Shown here: piece after piece, positions 41,171 to 50,584 of the stretch
Numbering within the stretch: the first letter of the stretch is position 1
How the letters are laid out: every line of letters begins with the position of its first letter
Assembly (NCBI GenBank): GCA_965197425.1
Contig: CBDANC010000012.1
Coordinates: 1 to 64,000 of the forward strand
DNA length: 64,000 nucleotides
Origin: Bdellovibrionales bacterium
Lineage (GTDB): Bacteria; Bdellovibrionota; Bdellovibrionia; Bdellovibrionales; JAUICD01
Reading direction: 5' to 3'
Notes under the pieces: generated by a model
Told to the model about the DNA's origin: nothing
Databases searched by the model: none
What the model saw: the letters and a program-made list of their open reading frames with translations, nothing else
Position numbers and translations under genes: made by a program

Positions 41171-42538
41171 ATGCTATATTTTTTAGGCTACATTTTTTTT
41201 ATTATTGCTATAAGTGTTTTTATCGGTAGAAAAGTAAAGAGTACATCTTACTTTTTTGTTGCAAATAGAAGCCTAAACTGGACTCTTTTGTGTGCAACTA
41301 TTTTAGCAGCAAATATTGGTGCTGGCTCTACAGTTTTAGCTACTGGTCTTGGATATCAAAATGGCTTAGCCGCCTGGTGGTGGGTAGGATCTGCTGGCAT
41401 AGGTACACTTATTTTAGCTTTTTGGATTGGCCCAAAAATTTGGCGAGTAGCTAAAAAAAACAACCTATTAACTTTAGGCGACTTTCTGGAATATAAATAT
41501 AATCGACAACTTAAAATCTTTATATCTACTGTAATTACAATTGCTTCACTAGCCATATTGGCAGGACAATTAATTGCGTTTGCTTGGGTACTAGATGTTT
41601 TGTTTTCATACCCAAAATGGCTTTCAATTTTAATTGGTGGTTCCATAATGGTTTTCTATTTTGCTGCTGGCGGTATTATGAGTTCTGTTTGGGTAAATTT
41701 AATTCAACTAATTATATTGTTTTCTGGATTTATGGTTGCCCTGTTTACAAGTTTTGATTATGAAAATTTATCTAACTTGGAGTTATCTACTTTTTTTGTC
41801 TCAGGTGAATCTGGATTTATGTATTTATTTATGCTAGCCCCTGCTTTTATAGTTTCTCCAGGAATTTTACAAAAAGTATTCGCAGCTAAGGATGAGCAAA
41901 ATTTAAAAAAAGGTCTATTAGTATGTGGATTAATGTTACTTTTATTTGCTCTAATACCTACAATACTTGGCATAACAGCAAAAGTAATTTTGCCAGACTT
42001 AGCAAATCCAGAATACGCTCTTCCAGAGCTTTTTTTAACATTACCAAACTGGGTAAGCTTACTTGCACTGGCTGGTGTTTTATCTGCTGAAATTAGTTCT
42101 GCCGATGCAATTTTATTTATGCTAACCACTTCTATTTCAAAAGATTTTTATAAAGGAATTTTTAACCCAAATGCAAGTGATGTGCATTTATTAAAAGTAA
42201 CCAGAGTATCTGCTATTGTGGCTGGAAGTATCGGTATTTTACTTGCAATTTTATTACCTAATATAGCTACAGCACTCACCATATTTTATTCTGTTCTCAC
42301 CGTAAGTTTATTTGTTCCTTTAATATTTGGATTATTTTGTAAAAATATAAATACAACTCATGTTTTAATATCATCTGGTTTTGGTGTTTTAGTGTTATTT
42401 TTAGCTCAAATATTTTCCTTCGAGCTTCCTTGGTGGATGACCAATGTGCTGTTAGGATTACTAACTTCTGTAGTGTTGTTTTCTCTTCTGCACTTTGTAT
42501 ACAATAAAAACAACTACCCTGTGGGTAGAAGCATTTAA
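41171..42538 (+). CDS. Sodium:solute symporter family protein
   Basis: FFVANRSL, ANIGAGS, AGG, SAEISSAD; many TMs. Confidence 0.88.
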   Translation: MLYFLGYIFFIIAISVFIGRKVKSTSYFFVANRSLNWTLLCATILAANIGAGSTVLATGLGYQNGLAAWWWVGSAGIGTLILAFWIGPKIWRVAKKNNLLTLGDFLEYKYNRQLKIFISTVITIASLAILAGQLIAFAWVLDVLFSYPKWLSILIGGSIMVFYFAAGGIMSSVWVNLIQLIILFSGFMVALFTSFDYENLSNLELSTFFVSGESGFMYLFMLAPAFIVSPGILQKVFAAKDEQNLKKGLLVCGLMLLLFALIPTILGITAKVILPDLANPEYALPELFLTLPNWVSLLALAGVLSAEISSADAILFMLTTSISKDFYKGIFNPNASDVHLLKVTRVSAIVAGSIGILLAILLPNIATALTIFYSVLTVSLFVPLIFGLFCKNINTTHVLISSGFGVLVLFLAQIFSFELPWWMTNVLLGLLTSVVLFSLLHFVYNKNNYPVGRSI

Positions 42539-42584
42539 TGGTAGTAAGAAGCATGTATCCTATTTTGTTATCCACCACCAACCC

Positions 42585-42631
42585 GATTGCCTGATTCCAG
42601 ATTGTCTGAGTGGCTGACTGCCAGATTGCTT
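42585..42631 (+). repeat. Degenerate 8-bp tandem repeat, about 6 units
   Basis: gattgcct/gattcca/gattgtct/gagtggct/gactgcca/gattgctt. Confidence 0.5.
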
Positions 42632-42677
42632 GTTTATAGAAAGACCTTTATGTAGTAGGATCGGCATCGTATCCAGC

Positions 42678-42746
42678 GCTGGGCAACCACTCGGCAGAAA
42701 AAAATAGGCAGAGCCTCCTTGTTTTCTGCCTCGTTCGGAAGACCTT
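42678..42746 (+). repeat. Modular hairpin repeat, frame A with cargo C2
   Basis: GCTGGGCAACCACTCGG...GTTCGGAAGACCTT; stem GGCAGAAAA/TTTTCTGCC; abuts the comM stop. Confidence 0.92.
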
Positions 42747-44155
42747 TAATATATAGGGTTTTGGATTCTATATAGCGTTTCATAAGAAAGTTTATGTGCT
42801 TTATTCAAGAAACTTGCTTTTATTTTTTCATAAGAAGCTATATCCGCAAGTGTTCTAGCTACTTGTAAAATAGATAGTTTTGTTCTGTTCTGCATAGATA
42901 ATTCTGGAAAGTGCATATCGAATTGATTGTCAGTATCTAGCTTTAAAGTTTCAGATGGGGACAATTTTCCATTGGGTATAACTTGCCCCCTTGATTTTAT
43001 AGCAAACATTCTGGCTTTTTGGACAACCTTGTAAATTTCTTTGGATTGAATTTCTTGTGGTTCCTTAAAATTGTCGGAAACATAGATGATATGAAATCTA
43101 TCAAACACCGGACCAGAAATTTTATCTAAATATTTTTGTAACCTATATGAAGAACAAATACATCGTCTTGAATCGTGTGGTAAGTATTTTCCACACCTGC
43201 ATAGGTTTGTAGTTGCTAAAAACAAAAAATTAGCAGGTAGTATTCTCATACCACTAGCCCTTGCAAGATATACTTTGCCTTTTTCCAAAGGCTCCCTCAA
43301 AGATTCTTGCACAGAACTGGAATATTCTAATAACTCGTCTAAAACTAATACACCACCATGAGCTCTGGTTACAGCACCTGGCCCTATTGGAGATCCACCA
43401 CCTATAACAGCAATATGACTACTGGTATGATGAGGTGATTCAATAGGTCTCCAGGTTAAATTTTTTCCAAGCCTTCTCCAAATAGATTTAGATTCAAAAA
43501 AAATGTCTTTGGAGGGGTCTAGCAAAGATCTCGATATGATGTCACAACTAGTGGTTTTGCCAGTACCAGGGGAGCCCACAAATAATGCATTATGCTCTCC
43601 AGTAGCTATTATGCTACATACTTCAAATTGAGTTTTGGATATCAAAAAGGTAGGTAATTCTGGTCTATTAAAACTAAAACCATTAGCTTTAACTTTAATA
43701 TAATTTGGATCTATAATGTCTGATAGTTTTTTAATTTGAAATGAATCAAATCTAAGATTTTTACACATCCCGGTACAAAATAAATGATTTGCCTGTACAT
43801 CATTGATATCGCAAGGTGCTCTAACATCCCCTTTTAACCCAAGTTCTCCATAAAAGGTGTCGGTTTTTAGACTTAATTGCTTTGTTTCAGCTAAAATTCC
43901 TGCAGCTATGGCAAGATCCAGTCCTTGGCTTTTTTTCTTAATGTTATTAGGTTTAATATGTACAAGTATTTGGTGTTTTTTAGGCCAATGAAACCCTTGA
44001 TTTTTTAAAGCAGATTTTATTCTAATACCACTTTCCTTGATGGCGTTGTCTGGAAGACCGATTATTTTTAGATCCGGAAGCCCAGACATAAGACTTACGT
44101 CTATTTCAGCTTTCATTAGTTCAAAGTCATTATCAATAAAAGAATAAACCCGCAT
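42746..44155 (-). CDS. comM: ComM/YifB Mg-chelatase-like AAA+ ATPase
   Basis: GLPDNAIKES, GELGLKG, GSPGTGKT, PHHTSS, AHGGVLVLDE, LREPLE, VARTLAD. Confidence 0.88.
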   Translation of the reverse strand: MRVYSFIDNDFELMKAEIDVSLMSGLPDLKIIGLPDNAIKESGIRIKSALKNQGFHWPKKHQILVHIKPNNIKKKSQGLDLAIAAGILAETKQLSLKTDTFYGELGLKGDVRAPCDINDVQANHLFCTGMCKNLRFDSFQIKKLSDIIDPNYIKVKANGFSFNRPELPTFLISKTQFEVCSIIATGEHNALFVGSPGTGKTTSCDIISRSLLDPSKDIFFESKSIWRRLGKNLTWRPIESPHHTSSHIAVIGGGSPIGPGAVTRAHGGVLVLDELLEYSSSVQESLREPLEKGKVYLARASGMRILPANFLFLATTNLCRCGKYLPHDSRRCICSSYRLQKYLDKISGPVFDRFHIIYVSDNFKEPQEIQSKEIYKVVQKARMFAIKSRGQVIPNGKLSPSETLKLDTDNQFDMHFPELSMQNRTKLSILQVARTLADIASYEKIKASFLNKAHKLSYETLYRIQNPIY

Positions 44156-44182
44156 AGCATTTACCTCACCTCCAGTAAAGTA

Positions 44183-44199
44183 TGCAAATTGTTTGCCAG
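44183..44199 (-). promoter_or_regulatory. Sigma54 -24/-12 promoter of comM
   Basis: Minus strand CTGGCAAACAATTTGCA with exact GG-N10-GC spacing, followed by GGAGGTGAGG RBS. Confidence 0.7.
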
Positions 44200-44338
44200 T
44201 TTAAACTGATAAATTTTCACTTTTAAAGTGATTAAGGTGTTTTAAATTTTAAAACACTACTAGCAAGCTAGGGTTTATGATGTTATTTATTAGATGTTGT
44301 GAACTTGCAATGTTTTCAAATAACACTAAGAGACAAAT

Positions 44339-44950
44339 TTGGTATTAGGGAGGCTTAATATCAAATCTGAACTATCTTTAATGATTACTGACTTTATCCT
44401 AGCTACTTTTACTTTTATCTGGTGCTTTAGGCTTTTCAGAATGATTGTAGCAGGGAAGCACAATCTTTATCCTTACTGCATTGTATTATTTTGTATAAGC
44501 CAGGCGGCATTTTTGGCTGGCGTATATCATGGATATGTAGAGTTTATGCCAGAAATTGCACAATTATTTCTTTGGAGATTGGTTTTAGGTTTTATTGGAG
44601 TTGCTGGGCTTTTTCTTTTGTATATTTTAGTTGAAAAACAAAGCCGTAATTTCAAAGCTTTTGTACATACTGTTTTTGGCATTGTCTATTTTGGAACTGC
44701 TTTTTACACACAAGAATTTATGTTTAGCATGGCCGCTTACTTATCGATTGTAGTTGTAGTTTTTGTAACATCTATGAGAAAATCGGGATTCAAATATATG
44801 ATGCTGTTTTCTCTTTTAACTATTATTGCTGCAGGTTTGCAATTATCTAACTTTAAACTACATGAGTTTTTTACCAGTGATGATATGTATCATCTCGTTC
44901 AAACTGTTGGGTGTTATTACTTTTATAAACATGCCAGAGTAAATGCATAA
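44339..44950 (+). CDS. Hypothetical multi-pass membrane protein
   Basis: About 7 TMs with conserved-looking TD, H and YH residues. Confidence 0.65.
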   Translation: MVLGRLNIKSELSLMITDFILATFTFIWCFRLFRMIVAGKHNLYPYCIVLFCISQAAFLAGVYHGYVEFMPEIAQLFLWRLVLGFIGVAGLFLLYILVEKQSRNFKAFVHTVFGIVYFGTAFYTQEFMFSMAAYLSIVVVVFVTSMRKSGFKYMMLFSLLTIIAAGLQLSNFKLHEFFTSDDMYHLVQTVGCYYFYKHARVNA

Positions 44951-44965
44951 GTTGGCAGGTGGTGT

Positions 44966-46594
44966 TTGAGTTATCCTAAAAGTATTCCTAGAGAGATTAA
45001 TTCCAAATACTCTAGCATTGCACAAAGTTTTGTAGAAGCCTGTAAAGCTTACCCAGAGTTCCCAGCTTTTAGCAATATGGGTAAAACTATTACCTATGCT
45101 GAAATTTTGGAATTAAGTAAAAATATGGCCGCTTTTTTTAAAAAAGAAGGATTAAAAAAAGGTGATAGAGTAGCTATACAATTACCAAATTTATTACAGT
45201 TTCCAATTTGCTTGTTTGGAGCATTAAGAGCTGGCCTTGTAGTTGTTAATGTAAATCCACTTTATACTGCAAGAGAACTGAAGCACCAACTTAATGATGC
45301 GCAGGTAAGTTATGTAGTTATTTTAGAAAACTTTGCAAGTGAACTTGAAAAGGTAATTAAAGATGTCTCATCATTAAAAAAAGTTATTATAACTGAAATT
45401 GGAGATATGTTGGGTTTTCCAAAAAGTATTATTGTAAACAAGTTAGTTAAATTAAAAAAAATGGTACCGAACCATAATATAGAAGGTATTAGTTTTGTAG
45501 AAGCACTCAAAATAGGTTCGAAAAATTCATTCAAAGATGAATATACAACTGGTTACGATCTAGCATTTTTGCAGTACACAGGTGGAACAACTGGCGTTTC
45601 TAAAGGAGTGATGCTTACCAATAAAAATATGGTATCCAACATGGATCAAGTAGCACTTTGGATGCAGCCAATTTTAGATGACAAAAAAGAGATAGTTATA
45701 ACTGCCCTACCCTTGTACCACATTTTTGCTCTCACTGTTAACTTGCTTTCGTTTATTAAGGTGGGCGCTTTAAATGTCTTAATAACTAACCCTAGAGATA
45801 TTAAAGGTTTTGTAAAAACATTAAAACAAACAAAGTTTACTATAATGACAGGAGTCAATACTCTTTTTAGAAAGCTACTCTCAGAACCAGGTTTTATGGA
45901 TATTGATTGGCCCTCCACTAAACTTGCTGTAGCTGGCGGAATGGCTTTGAACAGGAGTGTATTTGAAGAATGGAAAGAAAAAACAGGAAGTACCATTATA
46001 GAAGGATACGGTCTTACAGAAGCCTCTCCTGTTGTTACATGTAATCCAGTTGATGGCACAGACAAAATTGGAACCATAGGACTGCCTTTACCGTCTACCA
46101 AAGTTAAACTCCTTCATGAAGAGGGAGCTAAAGGTTCAGACCCAGGTGAGTTATGTGTAAAAGGACCTCAAGTTATGAGAGGTTATTGGAAAAGACCAGA
46201 AGCAACTCAAAAGGTGCTAGATTCTAAAGGTTGGCTTAAAACCGGAGATATTGCAACTATCGATAAGAATGGTTTTGTAAAGATTGTGGATAGAAAAAAA
46301 GATATGGTTTTAGTTTCTGGATTTAATGTCTACCCAAACGAAGTAGAAGATATTTTATGTTCTCATCCTGAGGTTCTAGAAGCTTGTGTCATTGGCAAAA
46401 AAGATAAAAAGTCAGGAGAAATGGTAAAAGCATTTTTAGTTGTCAAAAATACAGACTTTCCTAAAGAAGAAATTATAAATTTTTGTAAAGCGCATCTTGT
46501 GGGATATAAGGTGCCAAAAGAAATAGAGTATAAAGATGAACTACCTAAAACAAATGTAGGCAAAATTCTAAGAAGAGCCATGAGAGATAACTAA
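44966..46594 (+). CDS. fadD: Long-chain fatty acid--CoA ligase
   Basis: LQYTGGTTGVSKG, EGYGLTEASP, TGD, SGFNVYPNEVE, VGKILRR. Confidence 0.9.
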   Translation: MSYPKSIPREINSKYSSIAQSFVEACKAYPEFPAFSNMGKTITYAEILELSKNMAAFFKKEGLKKGDRVAIQLPNLLQFPICLFGALRAGLVVVNVNPLYTARELKHQLNDAQVSYVVILENFASELEKVIKDVSSLKKVIITEIGDMLGFPKSIIVNKLVKLKKMVPNHNIEGISFVEALKIGSKNSFKDEYTTGYDLAFLQYTGGTTGVSKGVMLTNKNMVSNMDQVALWMQPILDDKKEIVITALPLYHIFALTVNLLSFIKVGALNVLITNPRDIKGFVKTLKQTKFTIMTGVNTLFRKLLSEPGFMDIDWPSTKLAVAGGMALNRSVFEEWKEKTGSTIIEGYGLTEASPVVTCNPVDGTDKIGTIGLPLPSTKVKLLHEEGAKGSDPGELCVKGPQVMRGYWKRPEATQKVLDSKGWLKTGDIATIDKNGFVKIVDRKKDMVLVSGFNVYPNEVEDILCSHPEVLEACVIGKKDKKSGEMVKAFLVVKNTDFPKEEIINFCKAHLVGYKVPKEIEYKDELPKTNVGKILRRAMRDN

Positions 46595-46764
46595 AACTCT
46601 AGGCTTTTACAAATCAGCTAAAAATATTTGACACGCTAAGACTTAAACTACTTTATAGTTTTTTATATAATTCGAAGGCTGTATTGAGTTTTTTTAATTT
46701 GTTCTTATTTGAGCTTTGTTGTAGAAGGACAGTTTTGAAGAAATAAAATAAATAGGAAAAACAT

Positions 46765-48147
46765 ATGTTGGAAGCAATTGATCAATTTTTAGCTACTGCC
46801 GTAGGTTATGTTTGGAACATACCTCTAGTGGTAGTTTTGATAGGCTCTGGGCTTTTATTTACTTTTTTGCTAAAAGGTGTTCAGTTTACTGCATTTCGAC
46901 ATGCTATTGATATTGTAAGAGGTAAGTTTGATAAAAAATCTGATCCTGGAGAAATAACACACTTTAAAGCATTAACTACTGCACTGTCTGCCACAATTGG
47001 TTTAGGTAATATAGCTGGTGTTGCAGTGGCTATAAACATGGGTGGGCCTGGTGCTTGTTTTTGGATGATGGTAGCTGGCCTGGTTGGTATGGTCACCAAA
47101 TTTTGTGAATGTTCTCTTGCCGTTAAATATAGAAAAGTAGATTCCAACGGCAAGGTTAGGGGTGGCCCTATGTACTATATTCAGATGGGTCTTGGGGATA
47201 AATTTAAACCTCTGGCAATTTTCTTTGCCTTAGCTTGCATGATTGCAACTTTTGGTGCGGGTAACATGTTTCAGACCAATCAAGTTGCAAAGGTTTTGAA
47301 TAGTTACTTTGATATTCCGGTTATATTGACTGGACTTGTCTTAGCCACCGCAACTGGTCTAGTGATTATTGGTGGTATTAAGCGAATAAGTAATGTTACA
47401 GGCTTCTTGGTTCCTTTTATGGGAATTATATATATGGGTGGATCATTATTAATTATTGGTCTTAATGCCTCAGAAATCCCAACTGTGGTAGGCATGATTT
47501 TTGAGGGAGCATTTAGTGGCACTGCTGCTGCAGGTGGCTTTGCTGGTGTTGCTGTAGCTGAGGTTTTAAAACAGGGTGTAAGAAGAGCCTGTTTTTCAAA
47601 TGAAGCCGGGCTTGGTTCTGCCCCAATTGCTCATGCTGCTGCTAGCACAAAAGAACCTATAAGAGAAGGTATCGTAGCTACAATAGGCCCGTTTGTAGAT
47701 ACCGTTGTAATTTGCATGATGACTGCTTCTGTTATACTTCTTTCTGGTGCTTGGCCAGCAGATGCCGGAATTGATGGAGTTGAGCTCACAGCAATGGCAT
47801 TTGACATGTCACTTCCTGGATTTGGAAAATTCTTTGTTCCTATTGCAGTAACTTTGTTTGGGTACTCCACATTGATAAGTTGGGCTTATTATGGGGAAAT
47901 GGCTACAGACTATTTATTTAAAGAAAACAAAACTGTCATGATGATTTATAAATTAGTCTTTTGCATTTTTGCATTTACAGGTGCACTTTGGGCTTTGGGT
48001 CCTGTTCTAAACTTTTCTGATATAATGTTAGGCCTCATGGTTGTACCTAACATAATAGGGGTATGGTTATTATTTCCTAAAATTAAAGCTGAAACTAAAA
48101 GTTACTTTGATAGACTTAAAAAAGGTGAATTCGATAAACCAAACTAA
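46765..48147 (+). CDS. Alanine/glycine:cation symporter (AGCS family)
   Basis: ATIGLGNIAGVA, GGPGA, GGPMYY, FSNEAGLGSAP. Confidence 0.92.
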   Translation: MLEAIDQFLATAVGYVWNIPLVVVLIGSGLLFTFLLKGVQFTAFRHAIDIVRGKFDKKSDPGEITHFKALTTALSATIGLGNIAGVAVAINMGGPGACFWMMVAGLVGMVTKFCECSLAVKYRKVDSNGKVRGGPMYYIQMGLGDKFKPLAIFFALACMIATFGAGNMFQTNQVAKVLNSYFDIPVILTGLVLATATGLVIIGGIKRISNVTGFLVPFMGIIYMGGSLLIIGLNASEIPTVVGMIFEGAFSGTAAAGGFAGVAVAEVLKQGVRRACFSNEAGLGSAPIAHAAASTKEPIREGIVATIGPFVDTVVICMMTASVILLSGAWPADAGIDGVELTAMAFDMSLPGFGKFFVPIAVTLFGYSTLISWAYYGEMATDYLFKENKTVMMIYKLVFCIFAFTGALWALGPVLNFSDIMLGLMVVPNIIGVWLLFPKIKAETKSYFDRLKKGEFDKPN

Positions 48148-48222
48148 TTTGGTAAGCTTGTCACCGAATAATTGGCTTCATTAGGAAGATCTTATAGCAC
48201 CGGGATCAGCATCGTGTTCAAC

Positions 48223-48384
48223 GCTAGGCAACCACTCGGATAAAAACTAACTGGAGTTGTATTAAACCTACAAAGTTGGGCAACCCGCTAGGCCAAAAGG
48301 CAAACAAGTTCACCTTATTGTCCTAGCTTAGAAGACCCTGATGTGAACAAGTCCACTTGTTTTCATCCTCGTTAGGAAGACCTT
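48223..48384 (+). repeat. Nested frame A repeat (inner copy 48274-48339 inside an outer copy)
   Basis: Two left ends (GCTAGGCAACC, AGTTGGGCAACC) followed by two right ends (GAAGACCCT, GGAAGACCTT). Confidence 0.9.
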
Positions 48385-48393
48385 AAGTTTACT

Positions 48394-48723
48394 TTAGTTT
48401 AAATGCTTTGCTACACACTCTTTTATTTTATCATAAGAGATATTGCCTACTAGATTTTCTAATGCCTCACCTTTTTTGAATAAGATTAGTGTTGGAATAC
48501 TTTTAACTCCATATTTAGCAGGGCTATCAGGATTATCATCAATATTCATTTTTTGTACCAAAAGCTTTGGAAACTCAGATGCTATTTGTTCTATCTTTGG
48601 CAGAAGTGCTTTACACGGTCTGCACCAAGATGCCCAGAAATCCACTAAAACACAATCAGACTGTAAGATAACCGATTCAAAATTTGAGTCCTTAACTTCT
48701 GCAATTGCCATTTCTTCCTCCAA
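48394..48723 (-). CDS. trxA: Thioredoxin
   Basis: VDFWASWCRPC, SIPTL. Confidence 0.9.
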   Translation of the reverse strand: MEEEMAIAEVKDSNFESVILQSDCVLVDFWASWCRPCKALLPKIEQIASEFPKLLVQKMNIDDNPDSPAKYGVKSIPTLILFKKGEALENLVGNISYDKIKECVAKHLN

Positions 48724-48763
48724 TAAATTATGTATGTTAATTAAGTCGTATCATGCCTTGCAA

Positions 48764-48790
48764 AGCTGGGCAACACTGAGCCTAAAGATG
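48764..48790 (+). repeat. Truncated frame A left end
   Basis: AGCTGGGCAACACT with no matching right end. Confidence 0.6.
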
Positions 48791-48796
48791 CAAAAA

Positions 48797-49645
48797 TTAT
48801 TTTAAGTTTTCCAACATAAACTGTGGCAACTTAAAAGAAGCTTTGTGTAAATCCAGGTTATAATATTTTAATTCAATATTCTGTATTTTATCCTTTTTTA
48901 AATCTCTAACTGGATGTAAGTTTTTTGATGAAAATGCAAATGACCAAAAACCTGATGTGTAAGTCATATTGTGGTAATTATATATTCTTACTAATTTAAA
49001 AATAGATTGTAGCAAGTTATACATCTTTTTTTGAAATTTAGAGTTATAAAACGGAGATTCAAATTGACTTACTACAATACCATCTTTAGATAGAATACGA
49101 TAAACATTTTTATAAAACTCTTCCCCAAAAAGTGGTACAGAAGGTCCAAAGGGGTCAGTGGAATCTATAATTACAACATCAAAAACTTGATCTGTCTCAT
49201 TTACATATTTATTTCCATCCATAGTTAAAACTTCTACTTTTGGATCATCTAACTTTAAAGAGGTTTGTTTTAAAAATTGTTTAGACGCCTCTAATACCAA
49301 AGGGTCTATTTCTACCAACACACATTTTTCTACACTTTTATGTTTTAAAACCTCTCTTACAGTTCCTCCGTCACCGCCACCTATAACCAAAACATTTTTT
49401 GGATTAGGATGAACAGAGAGAGGTACATGAGTAATCATTTCGTGATAGATAAATTCGTCTCTTTCACAAACCATAATGATACCGTCATTTAACAACATAC
49501 GACCAAACCCTTTGGTCTCTACTACTTCAACATGTTGAAAATCACTTCTTTTAGAATAAAGCACATTATCTACTCTAATTTTGGTTGCAAAAAAATCTTC
49601 ATGTTTTTCTTCAAACCACAGCTCCATTTCTTTCCTGGTGTCCAT
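48797..49645 (-). CDS. speE: Spermidine synthase (polyamine aminopropyltransferase)
   Basis: DEFIYHEM, VLVIGGGDGG, VEID, IIDSTDP. Confidence 0.93.
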   Translation of the reverse strand: MDTRKEMELWFEEKHEDFFATKIRVDNVLYSKRSDFQHVEVVETKGFGRMLLNDGIIMVCERDEFIYHEMITHVPLSVHPNPKNVLVIGGGDGGTVREVLKHKSVEKCVLVEIDPLVLEASKQFLKQTSLKLDDPKVEVLTMDGNKYVNETDQVFDVVIIDSTDPFGPSVPLFGEEFYKNVYRILSKDGIVVSQFESPFYNSKFQKKMYNLLQSIFKLVRIYNYHNMTYTSGFWSFAFSSKNLHPVRDLKKDKIQNIELKYYNLDLHKASFKLPQFMLENLK

Positions 49646-49654
49646 AATGGTTTC

Positions 49655-50584
49655 CTATATACTTAGCCTAGTTGGATTTTTAAAGTGCTTGTCTGGTTTA
49701 AAGAAATTAAAAAATTCTACGCTACAATCTTGAGATATGTTGTGCTGTATTTTTCTTTTATTATCATAGTGCTTTAATTGAGGTATATTTTCTGACTGAA
49801 ATTGTACAATATCAAATGTATCCGGCCTAAATATATCTAAAACCCTATCTATAACAGATTGATATTCTTCATATGATTTAAAAACATAATTAGTTTCAAA
49901 ACTTGCATAAGAAGATAGATCTTCAGGAGTAACATGAAAAGTGTAATATTCTTTATCTTTAATGGCATTTAATGAATACCCAGGAGGATCAAATAAATAA
50001 GAATCTGTTTTAAAGCCTTTTATAATATTATCTAACCCTAAATGCGACACTTGTTTGTTAAAAAAATTAGACTTAGCCTCATTAGATAAGTCTTGCATTA
50101 AAATTTCAAAAGTACCGTTAATTTTATCAAAAGTAAGGTTAGTATCATTATGAAAAAGACACACATGATTTTCATAAATACTACCAAAAATATAAGCCTT
50201 ACCATTTATTATTTTATTTAATCTTTTGGCATCCTGAGTAAAGGTATATTTTTGATCCTTGGGGAACATAGGATTTTTTCTTTCATAAAAGAAATATAAA
50301 ATATTTTCTCTTTTAATTTTTGTAATTAAAAACTCAAAAGTATTTAGTATACAGGTTTTTCCACAAGTTATTATTATAATAGAGTCATCATATACAAACA
50401 TTGAAGATTCAGATAAAAGGTATGCATCAATAAAGTCATTTGAAATGACAGATAATACTTTAGCACCAGATCTTTCTATAGCCTCTTCAAAATAAGCTCT
50501 ACCCCATGATCTTAATTTGCAGTTTTTAGTAAGAAGCTCTAGTTTTTTTTCTGTACCCTCAAAGCTGTTAGGGATAGATAGCAT
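49655..50584 (-). CDS. speD: S-adenosylmethionine decarboxylase proenzyme, eukaryote-like (class 2)
   Basis: FEGTEKKLE, DAYLLSESS, TCG, GYSLN, HVTPE, YASFETN; adjacent to speE. Confidence 0.85.
   Translation of the reverse strand: MLSIPNSFEGTEKKLELLTKNCKLRSWGRAYFEEAIERSGAKVLSVISNDFIDAYLLSESSMFVYDDSIIIITCGKTCILNTFEFLITKIKRENILYFFYERKNPMFPKDQKYTFTQDAKRLNKIINGKAYIFGSIYENHVCLFHNDTNLTFDKINGTFEILMQDLSNEAKSNFFNKQVSHLGLDNIIKGFKTDSYLFDPPGYSLNAIKDKEYYTFHVTPEDLSSYASFETNYVFKSYEEYQSVIDRVLDIFRPDTFDIVQFQSENIPQLKHYDNKRKIQHNISQDCSVEFFNFFKPDKHFKNPTRLSI

Noticed and set aside
46600..46764. Glycine riboswitch expected upstream of an AGCS transporter
   Set aside because: No recognisable aptamer motifs in this AT-rich leader
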